DNA of 64,000 nt from Octopus sinensis (taxonomy: Eukaryota). The DNA lies in NCBI RefSeq assembly GCF_006345805.1, contig NC_043004.1, forward strand, positions 34,224,001 to 34,288,000, given 5' to 3'. A model generated the notes under the pieces. That model saw only the letters and a program-made list of their open reading frames with translations. It did no database searches and was not told the DNA's origin. Made by a program: the position numbers and the translations under genes. Shown here piece after piece: positions 12,770 to 25,220 of this stretch; the first letter of the stretch is position 1; each line of letters begins with the position of its first letter.

Positions 12770-13120
12770 CCCTACACTCGCCTCCTTATGAGAGCTCAAA
12801 ATCTCTCGTGGAAGTGCCATCGAACCAAAATGCAAATATATGGGAAACTACCACCTGTGTCATCTCTTGTGAAAGGTAGGAGAGTCCAGTTTGCTGGACA
12901 TTGTTGTAGAGCTGAAAAAGAGGTAATTTCTACTCTTCTCCTCTGGAAGCCATCTACTCGCAATACCAGAGGGCGCACACTCTCCTTCCCTGATGTAATC
13001 TCCAGGGATACAGGCATCCAGCAACAGGACCTCCATAATGCCATGATGGACCGTGAAGTCTGGCGTGGCATAGTAAATTCCATTGTCTCAACTACGGTCG
13101 AACAATGATGATGATGATTC
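12770..13120 (+). mobile_element. RTE-clade LINE 3' end, ORF open (12788-13108)
   Basis: RAQNLSWK..IYGKLPPVS..RRVQFAGHCCR..LLWKP..RGRTLSFPDVISRDTG..AMMDREVWR followed by (GAT)n tail. Confidence 0.9.
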
Positions 13121-13349
13121 TTTACATATCATATAGGGACCTTGTCAGTGGATGGCTTGGTGTTGGAAGAACTAAATATGGTTATACACATTGTCACAAA
13201 AGTCAATGTATGCATATGTATGCACATACAAGTATACAATTGTAATCCATGCATTTTTAAAATTGAATACACACACACACACAAAACATTCACAGACTCA
13301 CAAACATATGCATACATATTTGAGCACATATATATATATGTGATGTGTG

Positions 13350-13383
<34 letters not shown>

Positions 13384-13406
13384 TACATATATACATATAT
13401 ACATAT

Positions 13407-13453
<47 letters not shown>

Positions 13454-13489
13454 TACCCTTCATTCATTGGACAATAAATTTTGCTTGCG

Positions 13490-13930
13490 GAGACCTATTG
13501 AGGCAAGTGAAATCAAAATCAAAATCGCTGATGTGGCCGATGACAGTACCACCTGATTGGCACTTGTGCCAGTGGAACATTGAAAGCATATCTGAGTATG
13601 ATTGTTGCCAGTGTCGCCTTACCGGCACATTTACCGGTGGCACATGAAAAACATGGTCATTGCCAGTGCCACCGGACTGGCTCCCATGCAGGTAGCATCT
13701 TAAGAACAGCTTTTGAGCATGGTTGTTGCCAGAACTGCCTGTCTGGCCCTTGTGCCGGTAGCATGTAAAAGCGCCCACTACACTCTCAGAATGGTTGGCA
13801 TTAGAAACTTTGCCAGATCAGATTGGAGGCTGGTGCAGCCATCTGGCTCACCAGTCCTCAGTCAAACCGTCCAACCCATGCCAGCATGAAAAGCGGACGT
13901 TAAACAACAATGATGATGATGATGATGATG
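13490..13930 (+). mobile_element. RTE LINE 3' UTR copy
   Basis: Same family as 4287-4600; about 4 internal units; (GAT)n tail. Confidence 0.8.
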
Positions 13931-14059
13931 TGGAGATATATTTGTTGTAAATAGGAATAAGCGGTCTTTGACTGCTATTTCTAAATTTTCGGTATGTGGC
14001 TAAGCAACTTGTTGCTTAACTTGTTGTTTATATATATATGTGTGTGTATATATATATAT

Positions 14060-14108
<49 letters not shown>

Positions 14109-14694
14109 TACATGTGTATATGTAAATGTGTATGTGTAATAATATACAGTATGTGAGTACATATAAATGTTATTTACACACATATACATACTCGCATTTA
14201 TGCAAACGTGTGTGGATGAGCGATAAGATATTGACGGATGGAAACTCAAACACAATCACATAGCAAATATCCAGATATAGGGAACTCATATTTATATGGA
14301 TGTGTGTGCTGTTACATGAGCTGAACAGGAAGGAGACCAGAGCCCAAGTTAATGTAATCCTGAGTGTAGAGAAATGTTATCTTTAAAAGGTGAGAATATC
14401 ATCTTGATGAGTTTAATATTAGATTCTTATATAAGCACCATCACATGCATTTCAAATAAGAATGAAGATCTAGATGAGATGTCAAATCTGTTTAAATTAA
14501 TTTGTAAAACTGATCATAAATTATTTCTTCCTGGTATGGCTTCTCATTGATTCCTGGGATAAATTAATCCTAGAGAAAATTTACTTGAAAATTCCAATTT
14601 CAGATTTCGTCAAGAGATTTAATGATACTAAAGGAATTTATTTCTTTGTGAAAAACCCTTGATGACAAGAGACAGATTGTGTGAGTTAATAGAG

Positions 14695-15272
14695 GCAAAT
14701 GAAATCAAAATCAAAATCAAATTCGACGACTGGCATCCGAGCTAGTGGGGTGCAAAGAGCACCATACGAGGGTGATTGTTGACAGAGCGGCTAACCAGTT
14801 TCTGTGCCAGTGGCACGTAAAAGAGCACCATTCGAGTGTGATCGTTACCAACGTCGCCTTACTGGCACTTGTGCCCGTGCTTGTAGGGTGCCAAGAGCAC
14901 CATCCAAGTGTGATCATTGCTAGAGCGCTAACTGCCTCCATGCCGGTGGCACATAAAAGAGCACCATTCGAGTGTGATCGTTACCAACGTCGCCTTACTG
15001 GCACCTGTGCTGGTGGTCTGTGTAAAAAGATTCGAGTGAGGTCATTGCTAGTACCGCCTGACTGGCCCCAATGTCGGTGGCACGTAAAAAGCACCCACTA
15101 CACTCTCGGAGTGATTGGCGTTAGGAAGGGCATCCAGCTGTAGAAACTCTGCCAGATCAAGATTGGAGCCTGGTGCAGCCATCTGGTTCGCCAGCCCTCA
15201 GTCAAAATCGTCCAACCCATGCTAGCATGGAAAGTAGACGTTAGACGATGATGATGATGATGATGATGATGA
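14695..15272 (+). mobile_element. RTE LINE 3' UTR copy with expanded internal units
   Basis: About 6 units including a near-identical pair at 14806-14868 and 14943-15004; (GAT)n tail. Confidence 0.8.
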
Positions 15273-15472
15273 ATGGACTGAAGGTTTCTGACGAAGTAAG
15301 CTTCAGGACTATAGGTTTGATAACTATGAAGATTAAGACATGCAAGATGATAACGATGATTGCTAATAATTATTTCCTTAGCCTAAACCTGTCACCCGGT
15401 TAATGCTTGAGTACAGTCGAAGATAGAAAGAAGGAATCAAAGGATATGTGGGCAATAGTTAGTTCTGCTAAG

Positions 15473-15636
15473 GCTGACTCAAAATTTATATTCTTCTCCA
15501 CACAAGGAAACAAATCCACAGCAGCATGTGATGGTAAGGCATATCATGTATAAGCTAATTGTTTTAGGTGCTTGCATAGTTGTGAGTAGATATAAACACC
15601 TTTTTGGCTTTCTCTCGCTTACACCTGGTTCAGTGG
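15473..15636 (+). repeat. 164-bp inverted duplication, arm B, containing candidate 27-nt exon 15507-15533
   Basis: ..ttcttctccacacaag|gaaacaaatccacagcagcatgtgatg|gtaagg. Confidence 0.9.
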
Positions 15637-15639
15637 GCA

Positions 15640-15815
15640 AAATTCTTAGTAGTATTTTGTCTGCTGCTACGTTCTGAGTTCAAATTTCGCCAAGGTCAAC
15701 TTTGCCTTTCATGCTTTCGGGGTTGATAAATTAAGTACCAGTTGCATACTGGGGTTGATCTAATCAACTGGCCCCATCCTCAAAAATTACAGGCCTTGTG
15801 CCTAGAGTAGAGAAA
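15640..15815 (+). mobile_element. SINE family A
   Basis: B-box gagttcaaatt then gtcaactttgcctttcat..gataaattaagtaccag. Confidence 0.8.
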
Positions 15816-16509
15816 AATAGTTTTATTGAAGAGAATTTGTCAGAGAGAAGCTCTGTTGTCATATGCTATGGAAAATTGTAAGTTTGCGGCCCTTAGAGTA
15901 AATGATTAAATTGAGGAAGTCAGAGAAATTTTGAATGTGAAGTGATGAGACTAATTGTTGAGGATTTAAGAAGATTCAGACAAATGCTCTCAGTGTTAGA
16001 CGAGAGGTTATTGAACAACTGATGACGACAGATGTTTGGAGGATGGTAAATGTTTTTATGGTTGGACATCTTTGCTAAGATTATATTTGTAATTAAGAAC
16101 AAATAGTTTGCTAAAAACAGACTTGTGATTAAATGGCAAGAATATTAGAAATGAAATATAAACTTTTAAAAAGAGCCAAATGAAGAAAGGATTGAGGAAG
16201 ATGAAGTATAATGTATAATGATTGAATTAAAAATGTTGTCTGTCATTAAGATTAAATGATTATCCTTGAAATGATTATGTAGAACTATTTGTATAAAATA
16301 AACACTGGAGATAATATATTGGTTTCACATTTTGGAACAAGGGCAGTAATTTTAGGGGACAGGGCAAGTCGATTTCATCAACCCCAGTGCTCAGCTGGTA
16401 GTTGTTTTATTGACCCCAAAAGAACGAAAGGCAAAGTTGACCTCGGTGGAATTTGAACTCAGAATGTAAAGATGGATAAAATGCCTTGAAACATTTTTCC
16501 CGACATGAT

Positions 16510-16990
16510 TAAAGCCAGGGCCACTTGACTGGCTCCTATACTGGTGGCACGTAAAAAGCACCATCCAAACATGGCTGATGCCAGATCCCCCCTGACTGGC
16601 TCCCAATGCCAGTGGCACAATCCAAACATGATTGATGCCAGGCTCGCCTGACTGGCTCCCATGCCAGTGGCACATAAAAAGCACCATCTGAACGTGACTG
16701 ATACCAGTGCCCCCTGACTGGCTCCCATGCTAGTGGCATGTAAAAAGCACTATCAGAACATGATCGATGTCAGGCCCGCCTGACTGGCTCCCATGACGGT
16801 GACATGTAAATAACACCCACTACACTCTCAGAGTGGTTGGTGTTAGGAAGAGTATCCAGCTGTAGAAACTTTGCCAGATCATATTGGAGCCTGATGCAGC
16901 TGCTGGCTTTTCAGACCTCAGTCAAACCATCCAACCCATGCCAGTAGGGAAAACGGTCGTTAAACGATGGTGATGATATTGATGATGATG
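16510..16990 (+). mobile_element. RTE LINE 3' UTR copy
   Basis: About 5 tandem units of ~60-65 bp and (GAT)n tail. Confidence 0.8.
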
Positions 16991-17160
16991 TACTAACAAT
17001 TCTACCAGCTTGCCACCCTACTAGAGTTAATATATTGATATATTAAATGTGCTGAGCTGGCAGAATCATTAGCACACTCGGCAAAATGCTTAGCAGTATT
17101 TTGTCTGTCTTTATGTTCTGAGTTCAAATGCCACTGAGGTATATATATGTATATATATAT

Positions 17161-17383
17161 ACCATGGGCTCTTAGGAGCATAGTTCGATTTGTTTTTGCT
17201 CCGCCTCTGTTCTGTTTTTGTTTTTCCAACGGATTTCCTATTTTCTTCCTGAAGAGAAAGACACAATATGGTCCCATTATTCAATCGGATTTTGGTAATT
17301 TGTGCCTTTCGAAACACGTGTAGAATGAAATAAAACGATTTCTGTTCAATCTGCGTTCAGCTCCATTTCTTCAATTCACCAAT

Positions 17384-17385
<2 letters not shown>
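17161..17385 (+). mobile_element. Penelope-like element terminus inserted in (TA)n
   Basis: Flanked by TA runs on both sides, CpG-rich relative to surroundings, carries a hammerhead motif and AATAAA. Confidence 0.6.
17239..17332 (+). ncRNA. Type I hammerhead ribozyme, core intact
   Basis: Stem I tattttcttc/gaatgaaata; CUGAAGA 17249-55; stem II gaaagacacaa/ttgtgcctttc with G10.1-C11.1; GAAA 17311-14; palindromic stem III ACACGTGT; cleavage triplet GUA, cut after 17322. Confidence 0.85.
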
Positions 17386-17421
<36 letters not shown>

Positions 17422-17752
17422 GTATGAAAATGTAATAACAAGTTAATATTTTCTTTTCTTATGCCTGGACATGTTTTCGAGAAAGATTGGAAATAAACAA
17501 CACAGCTTGTTTGGTGGTGGCACTTGTTTACAGGTATCACACAATGTCAAGAGGTGGCACACACACACACATACACACACACACACATACACACACACAC
17601 ACAATGAGCTCCTGTCTTACAAATTTCCTCACAAGGCTTCGGTTGGTCCAGGGATATGGTAATGCCACACAATATGCCTGAACTCCAAGCCACATTGTAA
17701 GGGAGCAAACATCTTAACAGCAGAACTAATCCTACACCCCACGGTTGGATCG

Positions 17753-18158
17753 ACTCTCTTTTACTCTCTTTTACTTGTTTCAGTCATTTGACTGCAGCCA
17801 TGCTGGAGCACTGCCTTTAGTCGAGCAAATCGACCCCGAGACTTATTCTTTGTAAGCCCAGTACTTATTCTATCGGTCTCTTTTGCCGAACTGCTAAGTG
17901 ACGGGGACGTAAACACATCAGCATCGGTTGTCAAGCAATGCTAGGGGGACAAACACAGACACACAAACACACACACATATATATATATATACATATATAC
18001 CACAGGCTTCTTTCAGTTTCTGTCTACCAAATCCACTCACAAAGCATTGGTCAGCCCGGGGCTATAGCAGAAGACACTTGCCCAAGATGCCACGCAGTGG
18101 GACTGAACCCGGAACCATGTGGTTGGTTAGCAAGCTACTTACCACACAGCCACTCCTG
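17753..18158 (-). mobile_element. SINE family B, full length
   Basis: Reverse complement of the 657-1037 type including A/B-box head. Confidence 0.9.
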
Positions 18159-18279
18159 CTACTGATAAATTTATATAAACATCCTTCAACAATAAATACA
18201 AAGAGAAAAAGGGAAAGTGAGAGACAGATACACAGATAGAAAGGCAGGCAGACAGAGAGATAGAGAGATGGAAAGAGAA

Positions 18280-18313
<34 letters not shown>

Positions 18314-18699
18314 AAAGGGAACGGATTTATTTTATAATTGAAAATGTGATCTAAAAGCCTTAAGTTACAAATAAGAAGATTATTGGAAAGGGTTAAGAAG
18401 CAGAAAAACGAAAAAATGTCCAGTTACATCTAGAGGGAACAATATTTCCAAAGAAAACCAATCCTAGCAGCTTTAAAGAGTTAAGCATTGCAGATATCGA
18501 TTGCCAAAGATGGAACTTTTTAACTGGAACAAAAGAAATTCATTACTTTTCATTTAAAACAAATCAACCTCACGCTGTTATTATTTCAATGGCTTTATGA
18601 TAATTTGCATCACGTTTAAATTTTCCATTTTCAACTATCTCTTGTCAGCAGGTAAAAGACAGGCAGGAGGCTTTGAGAGAAGAAGCAAAACCATGTGTG

Positions 18700-18818
18700 T
18701 GCATGCGTGTGTGTGCGCGTGCACGTGTGTGTGCGTGTGTGTGTGTGTGTGTATGTATAAACACACATATATATACTTGTATATATACGTATATATATAT
18801 AAGCATACACAAACACAC

Positions 18819-18863
<45 letters not shown>

Positions 18864-18930
18864 TATATATATACATACATATATAATGCAAAGATACATG
18901 TATATATATATATATACACACATATGTATA

Positions 18931-18967
<37 letters not shown>

Positions 18968-19006
18968 ACAAAATAAATATATACATATACGTGTATAATA
19001 ATATAC

Positions 19007-19038
<32 letters not shown>

Positions 19039-19070
19039 ATGCTTATAGATATCTACACACACATCTATTT
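18700..19070. repeat. (TG)n/(TA)n compound microsatellite
   Basis: Direct reading. Confidence 0.9.
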
Positions 19071-19615
19071 GCATGTGTATTAAAAAAATATTAAACATAC
19101 TAAATCTTAATCAATTCCTAGTTTGTAGCCCCAAGTTAAATAGTGCATTTTTTGTTTTTTTTTATGCAGTAAATATGTAGAAGAGAGCTGATGGCAAATG
19201 GTGATTTCAACCAATATGGCATAATCTTATTTATAATTTTATATATTCATTGAATTTTTCACTTCACTTCCTTTTCTCTGCAATTATTCTTTTACTCTGT
19301 TTTCTCTGCTTTGATTTTTGTCAGATATTTTGGATTATATACATGTATATTCTTTAGCTTGGTTTTTAAAGAATTCAGCTTTTTTTATGTTCTTTGAAAA
19401 TTTAATCTTCATTTCAAATATGGTATCTATGTACATACAAAGACAAAGAAACATGCATATAGGCATGTATACATATAGGCATGCGTGCGCGTGCACACAC
19501 ACACATACACGCACAAATGTACACACAGCTCCGTGAGTGTGTGTGTATGCGTGTGCATGCCTAAGTGTACATGTATATATAATTTTTGTATATATGTACG
19601 AATATATAAGTATAT

Positions 19616-19649
<34 letters not shown>

Positions 19650-20659
19650 GTGTATGTATATATATATATATATATATAGATATATAGATAGATAGATAGA
19701 TAGATACACAATCATGTGCATGCACACACATGCACAGATGCATGCGTGTGTGTGCATGTGGTTTGTATATGCATTTATGTGCATATGTGCCTATTGCTAT
19801 TATTTTTGCATAAATTGGAATAATTTTAAACTTTGACAGATGCAGAGTATTCCATTTAGCAATGCACATTTGCATTGATCAGTGCCAAATTGTAATTACT
19901 ATTTCTCACCAGAACATCTCAATGGATGCCATTCCATTGTGAAATATGTAACTTGATGGCAATTTTCATCTTTGAAGTTAAAGAACAGAAACAGAATTCA
20001 AAACTAGATAAAATATGGAAGTAAAGGAAATACATAAATAGTTAGATAAAGTTCGATTGCCATCATCATAAACAATTTTGTTCTGAGTAGTTTTTCATTC
20101 CTTTTCTTTAGACACAAGAATAATATTGTATTGGAATCGATGTGGTCAATGTTTTGAACAAAACAAACCTGCAAGAATTATCGTTTGATTATTCACAACT
20201 GTCAGTTGAGATGTTAGGTTTCTTAATCACATAGTTGTGTTTTCAAGCCTTGCTGTTACCCGTGCTGTAATGTGCTCTTAAGAAAAGAAAGAATAAAAAG
20301 CTTTTCTTGTTCGCAACCGGTATTTACCTCCTGTTATCAGCTCAGTTAAGCTGCATGAGGATGCTGCACTCATGATTGCAAGATAGGGGTTTCAATTTCC
20401 GCGCTGGGTGGTGCATTGTGTTCTTGAGGAAGTCAGTTTTTTTTCTCGTTCTCCAGATGATTCAGCTGTAAATGAGTTACTCTGCAAAGAATGGCATCCT
20501 GTTTGGGGGAATATTGGGATCTTGGTCTCTTGTATGCCATGGAAACCAAATAACTAATCTTAAGCATCCTAGCACTTGAGACAGTCCTTGCTTACTTACT
20601 ATCAGCTCAACATCATTTTCTCTCAGCAATTATTTTTCATAAGTATATATGTCTACATA

Positions 20660-20910
20660 AAGGTGGCGAGCTGACAGAAACGTTAGCATGCCAGGTGAAA
20701 TGCATAGCCATATTTTGTCTGTCGTTACATTCCGAGTTCAAATTCCGCTGAGGTCAACTTTACCTTTCATCCTTTCGGTGTCGATAAATTAAGTACCAGT
20801 TATACACTGGAGATCAATGTAATCGACTTAATCCATTTGTCTGTCCTTGTTTATCCCCTCTATATTTATCCCCTTGTGGGTAATAAAGAAACATATATGT
20901 CTACATAAGT
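20660..20910 (+). mobile_element. SINE family A, near full length
   Basis: Head aaggtggcgagctgacagaaacgttagc (A box), gagttcaaattcc (B box), tail ccccttgtgggtaataaagaaa. Confidence 0.9.
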
Positions 20911-20949
20911 TTACATCTCTCCTTCTCATTTCAGTTTATACTTTCCTTT

Positions 20950-21330
20950 TCCAGACATTTTTCGATCAGTTTATTTTCACAGTGCTTTTGTTTCTACACA
21001 AGTCTGCATTGATCAAATTAATCTCCTCTTCTATTGTCCACAAGTCATTTGCACTCAGAGGTCACAGGTCACTATCAAGCAGTCTCACTCCCCTTATAAC
21101 ACACATTGCCTCTTTCACAATTATTAAAAGCTTTCATAATTAATACAAGTCACAGCTCTATGAACTTGTTCCAACGATTTGTAACCCAGCATTACAACTA
21201 CTTCCTGTTGGCCATTCTTCAGCACCACTTGGGTCAGCTTGGTGGCAAAATATATTCACTGCTTCCAGTGGTCCATTTATGCAGCATATGGCCATTATAT
21301 TGCTAATAATTCTTATGCATCTGAATTCCA
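20950..21330 (-). mobile_element. Degenerate RTE LINE RT fragment
   Basis: Minus-strand NGPLEAVNIFC, RWNKFIEL and CVIRGVRLLDSD*PLSANDL resemble LE.VD.FCYLG..RI..GW.KFREL..YG.ETWPL. Confidence 0.55.
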
Positions 21331-21529
21331 GGTTACCTCTTAGTCACCAAAACTTTTTAATGTTACTCTTTCATATCCACAGCCTTATTGAGGAACAATT
21401 CTCTTAAATATTCAGCTAAACCAATTCCTAGATGATTGTAAAATTTCAGACACTTAGTAATATTTTAATTTTTACATTGTTAATCTTTTTAGTTTTTTTT
21501 ATTCTGAAATATTCTTCAAGATTTGTAAT

Positions 21530-21790
21530 ATTAAGAAAATGACTATTTGTAAATCTCACAACGAGAGATATTCAGCAACAGTACTTTGGAGTAAAGATTG
21601 TTTGCCACATAACATGGCAGTCCTAGTTTAGGATGAATGTTGCTCTAATTTAGCCCCAGGAAACATCATCTCCAGCTCGGTCTGTGTCCTTATATTTTTG
21701 AACAAAAGAATCTAGCACCCCAACTCAGCTCAAAACAATATCTGTGTATCCCGATCTCCAGGCTATTTCCCTTCATTGGCACAGAATAAT
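21530..21790. mobile_element. Palindromic (fold-back) element family P, half copy
   Basis: Matches arms of 31791-32242 and 46952-47281. Confidence 0.8.
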
Positions 21791-23659
21791 AAGATTTACC
21801 AAAGACACCCAGACGTAAACTTTTGAGTTATAACTAAGACAAGTAAGATAAGAACAAAGTCTTGGTAAAAACCTATATTTTACATTAAATTCCTCATGGA
21901 ACTGCAGCCAATTGTGACTTCCATTACATACATTCACATATTCTTTGTATAATTCGTTTTATTATAAATATTTTTTTTAGAATTTAAAGCTATATTTGTA
22001 TTAATAATTTTAAACATATTTGTAATATATACAGTAATTTTTATTGTAGGTTTTGTATATAGTAATTTGCCAATATATACATTATATACAAGTTTATCAA
22101 CAAATTATCGATAAATATTTATATATGTTTTAGTGTATTGATTTTTGTAATTGTTAAAATACACGTTTATGTCTGTGTGTCTCCGAAATATATTTTGAGC
22201 CATTATTATTAAATGAAAGAAACTATTATGATGACAGCAATGATAATGGGTAGATATGTACTGAGGATTCTACATCTCCAAGGAATCTTGACCAATTAAT
22301 AGGAATGGTCACTGCATCAAAAGCAGATTTTCCTGCAGCTTGTGTCTTTGTCATTCTGGTTTGCATGGAAAAATATTTGACATCTATCATCTAGAATGTC
22401 GCTAGTTACCTACATTTCTCTGGTCAATGCAATGAGCAGTATGTTAAACCTAGCAGTTTATAGATAAGTAAGAGACTTTGTGCATCAAAGAAGTCTATTC
22501 TGAATGAGTTTCAGCCCAGGGACTAAACTCTAGTTGTTGCAGCATTCCTGCAAGGCAGAAGCATTTCAAATATTCAATAAACCCTATAGGCTTCCATTCA
22601 TCCGGATTCCAAGCATTTCCCATTTATATTTTTGCATTTTTACATTTTGACACCTTTCCTAATTACTTTCAGAAATAATTTTCTCTGATAAAACTGAGAA
22701 ACCTTAAAATGCACATTTTTTGCATAAATTTGACCCAATACAATACTACCTACATGGTCTACTTCTTCATCAGTATTTTCAGATATTGCCTGTGATACAT
22801 TTTGGTGCCATCTGTTACCTATGACATTTCTGTGCCACTTGTCTTTAGGGCTCCAAACTTTATTTTGTTTATTTTTATGTATACTTTTTTCTAAATTTAA
22901 GTGTAATTAGTGCATTTTATAAACAATAATTACATTTCTATTTCTCTTTGCACAGTTTACAGACATTGCTGGCCTGTCTTCTTTTTTGGTAAAGTATTTT
23001 CATTTAGTTTTAAAAAAGCAGACACTAATCTTGGTCTATTCTCAAGAGTTCTAGAGTTTAAGCTTCTAAAACTGAGATCTAGAGCTATTGGTATGATTCT
23101 TGGCAGTGTGTATTGGCTTTTTCAAAACTATCCAATTGCATAAAATGATTTCCCTGCTGTTTATTCAACATTCTTCTCAACTACTTTATTTTCCATTTCA
23201 TTTTCGTCAATCTTATTCTTTTATGTCTTCCATCTCAACCTCTATCTTTCCCGTCTGTCAATATTCTTAAATAGAGAAAACAGTTTCTTATATATCTCGG
23301 ATTCCTTAATGCTCTTTTCTCATTTATATTATTTAAGCTTTCAGCTGATGTCATCTAGCAGTTTTCTACTTGTAACAGTCCTTATCTAATGCACGCTCTT
23401 GGAGAATAAAGCATGTTAGATCTTTGCTTTGGGGTTCTATATTCTAAATCCTGTAATTAGATTTTTTGATTTTTCTCTCTAATTTATTCAAAACTGGGTT
23501 CATTACACTAAAGTTACAGCTTATCACAGCAAGTGATGCTGAGATATTACCTTGTACTTATGATATGATTATGGCTGGCTTATTACCCCCAATACATTTA
23601 TAATACTCATGTAATATTATTGTTGTTACTGCTGTTATTGATATCATTAGTATTATGGT

Positions 23660-23668
23660 TGTTACTGA

Positions 23669-23705
<37 letters not shown>

Positions 23706-23786
23706 CTTCTTCTTCTTCTTCTTCTTCTTCTTCTTCTTCTTCGTCTTCTTCTTCTTCTTCTCTTCTTCTTCTTCTTCTTCTTCTTG
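23660..23786. repeat. (GTT)n(CTT)n array
   Basis: Direct reading. Confidence 0.95.
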
Positions 23787-24302
23787 GGTGAGAAAGCAAT
23801 GCATGCCACCAGCATGACTCTGGGGTACAAATACATGAAGCCCAATATACCCATCGTGACTACCCATCTGATAAGAGTACACCAGGCACATGCATCACAA
23901 ACATATGTATGTGACATGGTGATCTCATATCAAGATAAACAGTGCATGACCTTGTAGGCGGGGCTCTGTTAAAATTTTCTTCAGGTCAAGTAACCTATCC
24001 TGCTCAAAAGGCCACTGAATAAGGTTTGTTTAAGGATGCTCAACAAAAAAACCCTGTTTCCTTTCAAAATATGGATATAATGCTTCGACACTACTTCTGC
24101 TCGGGATCAAAGATGCACATATTGTCAGCCACCGAGGGATACGCTCAACTAATTATGGTCAAACTACTGACAAGCAAATCTGTGGTCTTGAGCAGAATAT
24201 TTGTTGTAGTCTGTCTTTTATACCAAGACAAAACATGTACATGGTAACACTTCCAATAAGTTAAGATCAAAAGCCATGAGAGCCACTGCTTGGTATTGCA
24301 TT
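23787..24302. mobile_element. Family E ~520-550 bp non-coding element, copy 1
   Basis: Collinear with 25221-25776; bounded by trinucleotide arrays. Confidence 0.8.
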
Positions 24303-24377
24303 ACAACTACTACTATTACTACCACCACCACCAACAACAACAACAACACTACCACCACCACCACCACCACCACCACC

Positions 24378-24409
<32 letters not shown>

Positions 24410-24604
24410 CACTAATACTACTACTACTACTACTATCAGCATCATTTTCTCCCATTTCCCTGTCTCATCTCCGTTCTGCCGCTTAGTGATGCAAAACCTT
24501 CCTCAACACCCGAGCTTTCTAAGTAGTGCTGCCATCAGAATACTTTCCCAAGAAGTTTGGTATTTGCAGCTTTTTGTGTATATTTGCATATTCCATGTGA
24601 GTGA

Positions 24605-25020
24605 GGTGGTCAGCTTGCAGAATCGTTAGCATGTTGGACAATATGAATAGTGACATTTTGTCCACCTCTACATTCTGAGTTCAAATTCTGCTGAGGTCAG
24701 CTTTGCCTTACATCCTTTTGGAGTTGATAAAATACCAGTTGAACACTGGGGTCAATGTAATCAACTTACCCACCCCCTCCTCCAAAACTGCTGGCCTTGT
24801 GCCAAAATATGAAAGCATTATTATTAATATTAAGGCAACAAGCTGGCAGAATTGTTACCGCTCAAGACAAAATGCTTAGCCGCATTCCTCCTGGCCCTTT
24901 CAAACAGCCCTGAATGGGGGTGGGGGGTCAATAAAATAAGTACCAGCTGATCACTGGTGTTGCTGTAATCGATTGTCCCCCCTCCCTTCAAAATTGTTGG
25001 CCTTGTGCCAGTATCAGAAG
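24605..25020 (+). mobile_element. Two tandem SINE family A copies
   Basis: Two heads (agcttgcagaatcgttagc ~24612; agctggcagaattgttacc ~24841) each followed by the family core. Confidence 0.75.
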
Positions 25021-25135
25021 GAATTATTTGCTGTTTGGTTGCTATTATAATTGTTGTCATTGTTATTGTTACTGTTATTGTTGTTGTTCTTCTTCTTATC
25101 AACATCCTCCTCTTCCTCCTCATCATCATCGACAA

Positions 25136-25171
<36 letters not shown>

Positions 25172-25179
25172 TATTATTA

Positions 25180-25220
<41 letters not shown>

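Noticed and set aside
15830-16050. Protein-like stretches REALLSYAMEN and IQTNALSVRREVIEQLM before GT donors
   Set aside because: No convincing acceptors; several frames look equally protein-like
16510-16810. CRISPR-like appearance of regularly spaced repeats
   Set aside because: Units are wholly homologous with no unique spacers, lie in an RTE UTR, eukaryotic context, no cas genes
17928-18239. Recurrent ORF MLGGQTQTH../MSSNARGTN.. (also 507, 29617, 50791)
   Set aside because: Antisense read-through of SINE B, not a gene family
22240-22400. ~50-codon open frames on both strands
   Set aside because: No splice support or recognisable motif
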